A stretch of 64,000 bases of DNA from Octopus sinensis (taxonomy: Eukaryota): NCBI RefSeq assembly GCF_006345805.1, contig NC_043010.1, forward strand, positions 68,262,001-68,326,000. Reading direction: 5' to 3'. Below the pieces are notes generated by a model, which was not told the DNA's origin, did no database searches, and worked only from the letters and a program-made list of their open reading frames with translations. The position numbers and the translations under genes are program-made. Positions 56,078-64,000 of this stretch are shown one piece after another (position 1 is the first letter of the stretch; each line of letters opens with the position of its first letter).

Positions 56078-56740
56078 GGCGCAACCATGGCTGTGTGGTT
56101 AAGAAGAATGTTTTGTAACCACGTGTTCTTCAGGTTCGGTTCCACAGCGCGGCACCTTGGGCAAGTGTCTTTTAGTACAGTTCCAGGCTGGCCGGTGCCT
56201 GATGATCGAACTTCGCAGACGAAAATTGTGTGAGAGTCCGTCGTATATATATATGTATGTGTGTGTATATATATATATGTATATATATTATGTGTGTGTA
56301 TGTGTGTGTGTGCCCCTGCACCGTTTGACAGCCGGTTTTGGTTTGCTTATGTCCTTGTAACTGAGAGGTTCTACAAAAGGAAACGATAGAATAAGCTCCA
56401 GATTTATTATGTGGACGATTCGTTTTGTATAAATTCGTCAATACGGTGCGCTCCAGTATGGCCGCTCTCAAATGACTGAAACAACTAAAATACAAAAGCT
56501 ACGCACGCGCGAGAGAGTGAGTGAGTGAGTGAACGACTGTGTGTGTTTGTGTGTCAATACACCGATGCTGGTGTATTTACGTCCCTGTAACTTAGCGGTT
56601 CGACAAAAGGAGACTGATAGAATAAGTACTAGGCTTACAAAGAATAAGTCCTGTGGTCGATTTGCTCGACTAAAGGCGGTGCTCCAGCATAGCCACAGTC
56701 AGATGACTGAAACAAGTAAAAGAGTAAAAAAGTAAAAGAG
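56078..56740 (+). mobile_element. Diverged family B SINE (to ~56495) plus a younger 3'-half copy (~56540-56740)
   Basis: Two successive family B 3' ends (ATGACTGAAACAA...). Confidence 0.78.
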
Positions 56741-56783
56741 TATATATATACACACATGCATTAACATGTACATATTTAATTTT

Positions 56784-56829
<46 letters not shown>

Positions 56830-57240
56830 ATGTATGTATGTATATATGTGATGTAGATATGCGTGTGTACGTATATATTCGTATATGCTTAGTTACTATA
56901 TAATAGTGAGATGAGATGGGGCTGTTTTGGTCACCACGAAACCCGAAGAACGGATCCTGTAATGTTAGTGGTTTTATTAACAAACTTAGGTAATGCACCA
57001 CATTAACTCTCCGAACGTTGCACCCTTCTGTACACTTATCTCTCGGGAGATCAAAGATCAATGCATTCTTGCTAAAGTACTTTTAAAACCGAAACTTGAT
57101 ATATAAGGTAAAAGTGTAAACATTATTTTTTCGCCTCCATTATTTTCAAAATCGACAAGGCTAGCTTCTTGTCTATATTAGACAATATAATTTTTAGGTG
57201 GTTAAATAAGAAGGAACATACTAGATATTATAGTAGTAAT

Positions 57241-57558
57241 TACAGAGATGTACTTGCATAGCAAGTGACCTGATCTGAGATCGTGTGCTGGAACGAAAAC
57301 AACTGCAGCGTGGAAGGTGTTTATAAGTCATTTAAGAAATACGCAAAAACCGTTAGATTCACTTCAACATTTAAATTTAATTTGACAAAATATTTTCGTC
57401 GCTTTGAGATACAGCACGGAATTTCGTCAGTGAACAGGTCGCGGTTTCAAAGCGACGAAAATATTTTGGCAAATTAAATTTAAATGTTGAAGTGAATCTA
57501 ACTGTTTTTGTATGTTTCTTAAATGGCTTATAAACACCTTCCACGCTACAATTGTTTT
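57241..57558. mobile_element. Fold-back element, ~110-bp inverted arms (57296-57558) with a short spacer; probably Penelope-like
   Basis: Arms differ at only a few positions; hammerhead-like fold at 57426-57470. Confidence 0.68.
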
Positions 57559-57881
57559 ATAGAAGTAATGTTAATCAGGATTTCATACATTGACCAGAGA
57601 TCGAAGATTTTAATGGACGGAGAATAAGTGTGTCTGACAGAGAAGGGCCGGTGAGCAACCAGCTAGTCTGACCTAAGCAAAAAAACAAAAAAACAAAAAA
57701 ATACAAATAATAACTGCAAACCATCTTTTTCCCTAACATTGTATCGGCCAATTATTTGAATAAAAAGTCGATTGTAATATTTAACAAGAAATGTAAATGA
57801 TATATAAGTTATATATCCCATCAACTTTAAACAGAGTCTGGATAGATTCCTTCAAAGAATACCAGATAAGCCACCCATAAT

Positions 57882-57995
57882 TGGATACAACTCACCCAAC
57901 AAGAACTCACTACTTGAACAAAACTGGATACAACTCACCCAACAAGAACTCACTACTTGAACAAAACTTGACTTAAACAAAACTTGACTTAAACA
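57882..57995. repeat. 43-bp tandem duplication followed by a 16-bp tandem duplication
   Basis: TGGATACAACTCACCCAACAAGAACTCACTACTTGAACAAAAC x2, then TTGACTTAAACAAAAC about x2. Confidence 0.9.
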
Positions 57996-58357
57996 GGATT
58001 CGAATAATCCTATCAGGTAGTGCTATTAAGTTAGACATGGCCTGGACCAATCTTTGGTCGAAACATATCTAAGTTTATATGATACGCCAATGCAAAATTT
58101 AAACCACTTCAGACTATAATTTATTATGTAAACTTTTGTAATATTATGTTTTTGCTACTTGTCGAATATTGCAATATACAGTTATATTATTTCACTATTA
58201 ATAGAAAATTATTTGGACATTTATAATATTCCATTCTGTAATATCAACGACTGAAATCTCCAGACATGTGTGGCTCTTTCTAACTATTGATATCAACAGT
58301 ATTGATTAAACTCTACACTGGTAGCTTCGTTTTCACAGTTAGCTATTTATCACATCA

Positions 58358-58760
58358 CTAGCAGTATCGCCCGGCGTTGCTCGGGTTTGTTTTCTTTTCG
58401 ACCCTTTAGAATTGTAATTTTTGAAAAGTAAAAAAATTTTGCATTATGTAGCTTGTTATTCTCTTTAAGTGAACATTTTTTCTGGTTGAAACACACCGAA
58501 AAATGGCGACACAGCAGTGAAAAAGTCGTAAAAAATAGGGATTTTCATAGGAAAAAAGCACCTTTTTGATGTAAATAATTTTTGGTGTTAACATGGTCCT
58601 ATTTAAATTTTTTCTTCTACGGAAGGAAGAGCAAGCCTTCTTCTATCATACTTTCAGTTTTGGTCAACTTGTGCTACAGCGTCTCGGAGGAGATAGTGTT
58701 AGTTGAAGACTACCAAACCTGCCACACACACAGACAACTTCAGCTTTATATATTGAGAGA
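58358..58760 (-). mobile_element. Non-autonomous Helitron-type element (second subfamily)
   Basis: Minus strand A|TC start, hairpin CCCGAGCAACGCCGGG, CTAG|T end; termini shared with 15494-15864. Confidence 0.78.
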
Positions 58761-59109
58761 TTTATCTCAAACGCGGCATAGCAGAGAGAGACTAGTTTGC
58801 AGGATAATTTAGCGCCACTGTAAAACACCCAGTACAATGTTTTTGCGTGTTTGCCGCTCCTTGTACAAAGCGTACTGCTTCATGGATGATGGAGTGCTGG
58901 CAAACTTCTGTTTTTATTTCTTCGATTTGTACTATAATCCCAGAAATGGTATTGCTTGCGTAGATTAATGAATCGTTTCTCTTTCCCTTAATAAAAATGG
59001 TTTATGTCAAACGAAGAAGCCAATGTCGATAGCTGTTCTTGTGTGGCCCTAGTTCAGCTATGCAGGCCGAAGTACTAGGCCTGACTCATATATCGGTTAT
59101 GTATCTTAT

Positions 59110-59497
59110 GTGGAGGCGCAATGGCCCAGTGGTTAGGGCAGCGGACTCGCGGTCGTAGGATCGCGGTTTCGATCCTCAGACCGGGCGTTGTGAGTGTTTA
59201 TTGAGCGAAAACACCTAAAGCTCCACGAGGCTCCGGCAGGGGATGGTGGTGATCCCTGCTGTACTCTTTCACCACAACTTTCTCTCACTCTTACTTCCTG
59301 TTTCTGTTGTAACCTGTATTTTCAAAGAGCCGGCCTTGTCACTCTCTGTGTCACGCTGAATATCCCCGAGAACTACGTTAAGGGTACACGTGTCTGTGGA
59401 GTGCTCAGCCACTTACACGTTAATTTCACGAGCAGGCTGTTCCGTTGATCGGATCACCGGAACCCTCGTCGTCGTAAACGACGGAGTGCTTCCATCC
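59110..59497 (+). mobile_element. tRNA-headed SINE family D
   Basis: TGGCCCAGTGG A box, GGTTTCGATCC B box, (TCCA)n tail, 11-bp TSD ATGTATCTTAT; a diverged 3' fragment lies near 1330-1450. Confidence 0.87.
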
Positions 59498-61005
59498 ATG
59501 TATCTTATACAGCATGCTGGATATCCTACGGCACACCGTGAGGTGTAGTGAGGAATCGTATCGTAATGCAATGTTACAATCTAGATATGCTGCCTTCTCA
59601 CTGCTATTTGCTATGTCATATGACACGGGCCGCAGTGCAACTGGCAGTTACCGGCCTATACATTTTCTGAGGTAGTTTCGAATCTCAGATGGTTACCTGC
59701 TCGTTTTATCGCTTCTAACAAATGTTTAAGTATCTTAACTTCAAATTTCTCTAACACCTCGCCCAAAATAATTGTTCATAAGCAAAAGAAACCGATCACT
59801 TCTTAATATATGAAGTGAATGTGGTGTGTGTGTGTGTATGTGTGTGTGTGTGTGTGCGTGAGTGTGTGTGTGTGTGTATGTGTGTGTGTGGTGTGTGTAT
59901 GTGTGTGTATGTGTGTCTGTGTGTGTGTGTGTGTGCGTGCGTATGTGTGTGTGTTTTCAGAGTTGCAGGACAAAAATATGCACCTATAAAGCTGAAATTT
60001 TCAAAGATTTACATCTTTTTTTATTAATAAAAATACACGTTATGTAATTTTTTCTGAATTGGTATTTTTTAACTCCAGATAAAAAACAAAAGACACATTA
60101 TTTCTGCATGATTTACAACAGTCATTGGGAAAAGTTAAAATTAGATAAATAATTAATGTAAATTAGTACAGTGTTTTGAAAACAAAAAGCATGGTTCATG
60201 AGACAAAAAATAAAATAAAAATGACTAACTTATTTTTAGTTACATATAAATTTTTTTTCTCTTATATTTTATTGTCCATTTTTAGGAAACTCCGCGAGAG
60301 CCGCTTTTTAATGGTCTGGGCGCATCAACTGAAGGTTTTCAGCATCACTTTAAAGGAATTATATCAAAATATATTGAATTCATGTTTTAATAAGTTTTAG
60401 TAAATCGCAACGGTACCGGATACAGGGACTCTCGAATGAGACTAATGGGTGCAGCTGTTTGGACGCTGATTTGGCATGGGCGTTTGACTTGTTTTGGCGA
60501 CAGTACGTTTTGGCACTAGAGGCAAACGTGGATACACACACACGCACACATGCAGATAGAGAGAGTGGGAGAGAGGTGGGGAAGCAACGGGAGAAACCTT
60601 AAAACGTCTCATGTCAAATATGCCAGTATCGAATTAGCGGCGCCAAAACGGCTGTGCCACAACGTCTCGTACCACCAGACAGGCTCAAATACGTAAAGTT
60701 GTATGTGAGTTTGTCTGAGCCTACAGGTCCATTAGGACAAAGCTCAACCCGGTTTCTATAGCATTTACTCGCATGAGACTATAAAGAACCTGACTTAAAC
60801 GGAGCGTCAGTCCATTATAGAATTACAGAATTAACAGCCCAGCTATCACTGGCGGTTATATTCGATCGAGAGAACTGAATCTGTGAGAAATGACGTGCTC
60901 TACCCAAGGATACAATTGTTGTCCGGCCTAAAACTCCAGCTCATGACATAACGATTCTGAGCCTAATGTCCGAACCTCTACGCTCCGTCTTTACACACAC
61001 ACCAC

Positions 61006-61038
<33 letters not shown>

Positions 61039-61839
61039 GCGTGCATACACACACTAGCTGCTCTTCTCGTTCCTGTCGGGTTTATTTATACTTAAAATAA
61101 TTACATGAATTCGCTATGCCTTGGTGTAATTGCTTTAAAAGTTGCTAACAATTTCCAGTTCATACGTGCGTGCGTGGGTGAATGAATACACGCACGCACA
61201 CACACACACACATATATTTTTATATATGTGTATATATATATATATATATAAGGCTAAAATATCATTACTGCAGTGCACCAGTATATTTTATATTTTGAAA
61301 TGTCTGCAGCATTCGTTAAACAAATATATGTACGAACATCAATATCAGATATCAGATGTGGCTAAACAATATCACCATTGCCGTCTTTTGTAGCCAAACA
61401 CTATCACCAACATCTGTAAGTGGTTACAGATATGTCTCTTGTCATGTCTGATCATAGATATCACATGTCTAATGGGATTAGTGATATACTGGAGTCACGA
61501 TCCATTACTAATATCGGTTACTCTAAATAATTAGATAATTCTGTTGTTGTACGTAACTATTGATACGTTTCTATTATAGTATTGTGTATGTGAGACGGGT
61601 TGCGTTGTGTGAGAATGAGAGAGGATCTGTGTGAGAAAGGGACTTAAAGAGAGTGGGAGGAGGAGAGAGAGTGTGAGTGTGAGTGTTTGTGTTTGAGGAG
61701 GTGTGTCTTTTGTATGAGAGACTCAGATAGTGTGATTATACGTTGGAGAGATTCTGTAAGTTATGTGTCAAAAATCTTGCTTGTGTGTTTGAAGAAAAGA
61801 GACTTGGTGCTTGCGTGGATTATACTGCTGCCAATACAA

Positions 61840-62610
61840 GGCGGCGAGCTGGCAGAAACGTTAGCACGCCGGGCGAAATGCGTAGCCGTATTTCGTCTGC
61901 CGTTACGTTCTGAGTTCAAATTCCGCCGAGGTCGACTTTGCCTTTCATCCTTTCGGCGTCGATTAAATAAGTACCAATTACGCACTGGGGTCGATATAAT
62001 CGACTTAATCCGTTTGTTTGTCCTCTCTGTGTGTAGCCCCTTGTGGGTAATAAAGAAATGGGTATTTCTTCTGTCGTTACGTTCTGAGTTCAAATTCGCC
62101 GAGGTCGACTATGCCTTTCGTCCTTTCGGGGTCGATAAATAAAGTACCAGTTACGCACTGGGGTCGATATAATCGACTTAATCTGTTTGTCTGTCCTTGT
62201 TTGTTCTCTCTGTGTTTAGCCCCTTGTGGGTAGTAAAGAAATAGGTATTTCGTCTGCCGCTACGTTTTGAGTTCAAATTCCTCCGAAGTCGACTTTGCCT
62301 TTCATCTTTTAGGGTTCGATTAAATAAGTACCAGTTACGCACTGGGGTCGATGTAATCGACTTAATCCGTGTGTCTGTCCTTGTTTGTCCCCTCTGTGTT
62401 TAGCCCCTGGTGGGCAGTAAAGAAATAGGTATTTCGTCTGTCGTTACGTTCTGAGTTCAAATTCCGCGGATGTCGATTTTGCCTTTCATCCTTTCGGGGT
62501 CGATAAATAAGTACCAGTTTCGCACTGGAGTCGATGTAATCGACTTAATCCGTTTGTCTGTCCTTGTTTGTCCCCTTTATATTTAGCCCCTTGTGGGCAA
62601 TAAAGAAATA
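61840..62610 (+). mobile_element. SINE A1, head + 4 tandem units
   Basis: Units start at ~61887, 62062, 62244 and 62428; one TSD TATACTGCTGCCAAT(T)ACAA around the whole array. Confidence 0.92.
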
Positions 62611-62690
62611 TATACTGCTGCCAATTACAATGAATAGCAATGCCTGTAATACTAAATTGATCTCTGTTATTTTTTTTTTCATCTCTGCAG

Positions 62691-62987
62691 GGGCACACCA
62701 AAACTGCGACATTGATTTCGACGGAAGCGGAGGGGACATTGCGCATTCTTGGCACACGGGTAATATGCACTTTGATGACGACGAAAACTTCAAGGCGATT
62801 TACTCCCCATCTGTTGAGGGAATCTACCTCTTGCGAGTGGCTGTGCATGAAATTGGTCACGTGCTCGGCCTAAACCACACCGAAAAGGATCACTCGGTTA
62901 TGTATGCAATTTACAATCAAGATAGCAGCGTTGATAGTGAATTCGAATTGGGATGGGACGATCGGAAAGATGTTCAGAAAATATACG
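62691..62987 (+). CDS. MMP21: Internal exon of a matrix metalloproteinase (M10A/matrixin), MMP21-like catalytic domain
   Basis: Polypyrimidine tract plus TGCAG acceptor (AG 62689-62690) and G|GTACGT donor (GT 62988-62989); 297 bp, phase 1-1. Translation AHQNCDIDFDGSGGDIAHSWHTGNMHFDDDENF...LLRVAVHEIGHVLGLNH...SVMYAIY...FELGWDDRKDVQKIYG has the HExxHxxGxxH zinc motif and Met-turn. HxxC...FDGSG, AHxW, VAVHEIGHVLGL and FELxWxDRKxxQKxYG match MMP21 as I recall it. MMP family is near certain; orthology needs a tree. Confidence 0.9.
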
Positions 62988-63013
62988 GTACGTTCTTTTA
63001 TCTCATTTTATTT

Positions 63014-63055
<42 letters not shown>

Positions 63056-63316
63056 ATAGTAGTATATACATACACAGGCTGGTCGCTAGAAAAGTGGAAA
63101 CTTCGTGAAATGCTATTTTATATCTTCACAAGATCCATTTGAGGTAAACTGTAAACGTCATAAGGCGTGATTAACATTCATAAATGTTTCAAGAGTTCAA
63201 GAACAGAAATAAAGAATCAGAAACCTCCTATCAAACAGTTTATAACAAAAGCTTATTAGTTTTAGCTTTGCCTTCAAATTTTCCGCTTTTCTAGCGACCA
63301 AACTATATATATATAT

Positions 63317-63367
<51 letters not shown>

Positions 63368-63374
<7 letters not shown>

Positions 63375-63520
63375 AAGAAAATACGCATGCTTACATAGTT
63401 TTAATATAATTTTAATATATCGACCGGTTTCGCTATCGCTATTCATGATATCTTTAGCGAAACCGGTCGATATATTAAAAATTATTAAAACTATGTAAGT
63501 GTGCGTATTTTCTTTTTTAA
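63368..63520. mobile_element. Fold-back element between (TA)n tracts; probably Penelope-like
   Basis: ~65-bp inverted arms, each with GCGAAACCGGTCGATAT; hammerhead-like fold on the minus strand at 63417-63451. Confidence 0.7.
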
Positions 63521-63540
63521 ATTTCTATATAATATATATA

Positions 63541-63609
<69 letters not shown>

Positions 63610-64000
63610 TATATAATATATATTGTTCGCGTCATAGGAATTTAGAAACTTCGAACAGCGCGAAATATTTTTTTTTTTAAACAGTGATACTCAACGCAGG
63701 CAAAGCTTTAAAAAAAAGTAGCGCATAAATATTGGGTAAAAAGCCCTTTTGATAGAAAAATCGGAGGCTATAAGATTTCTCATTTGTCATATTTAACCCA
63801 TAAATCCAAAAGGATTTATTTGAGCTACTAAAAAGTTAATTGTGTATTATCAGCGTATTTTCAAGGGTGATAAAGCAACTTCCTTTTTTCAACCCTTCAT
63901 CATTAATGAAAAATAACAAAATAGAAAAATAACAAAATAAGAAAAAAATGATGCAAAGGAGAAATTTTGAATAATAACGAAAAACAAAACATTATCTTAT

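Noticed and set aside
59110-59185. tRNA genes at SINE heads (also 3087, 30108, 52198)
   Set aside because: A and B boxes are present but there is no complete cloverleaf, and each continues into a SINE body.
61840-62610. Regularly spaced repeats as a CRISPR-like array, or a hammerhead retrozyme
   Set aside because: Units are contiguous with no unique spacers, and I found no CUGANGA hammerhead core on either strand of the unit.
62564-63142. 192-aa ORF as a complete gene
   Set aside because: The N-terminal part is SINE and intron and the C-terminal part is (GTA)n; only 62691-62987 is bounded by splice sites.

Overview
AT-rich, microsatellite-dense animal genomic DNA; the SINE inventory points to an octopus or other coleoid cephalopod (inference). 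The only host coding sequence I can support is one 297-bp internal exon on the + strand (62691-62987) encoding the catalytic core of an MMP21-like matrix metalloproteinase. The rest is non-coding and filled with mobile DNA: four tRNA-headed SINE families (my labels A-D), a young 5'-truncated CR1-type LINE, mariner, Tc1 and hAT non-autonomous elements, two Helitron-type elements and Penelope-like fold-back elements. Three observations stand out. (1) Several unrelated fold-back elements have their inversion point at a minimal hammerhead-ribozyme-like motif. (2) One SINE inserts as head + (~184-bp unit)x1-4 inside a single target-site duplication (TSD), with a near-invariant junction and no tail. 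(3) A ~186-bp segment matching a locus 14 kb away sits inside a mariner MITE. Almost all ORFs in the supplied track are microsatellite or SINE artefacts. All alignments and folds were done by eye.
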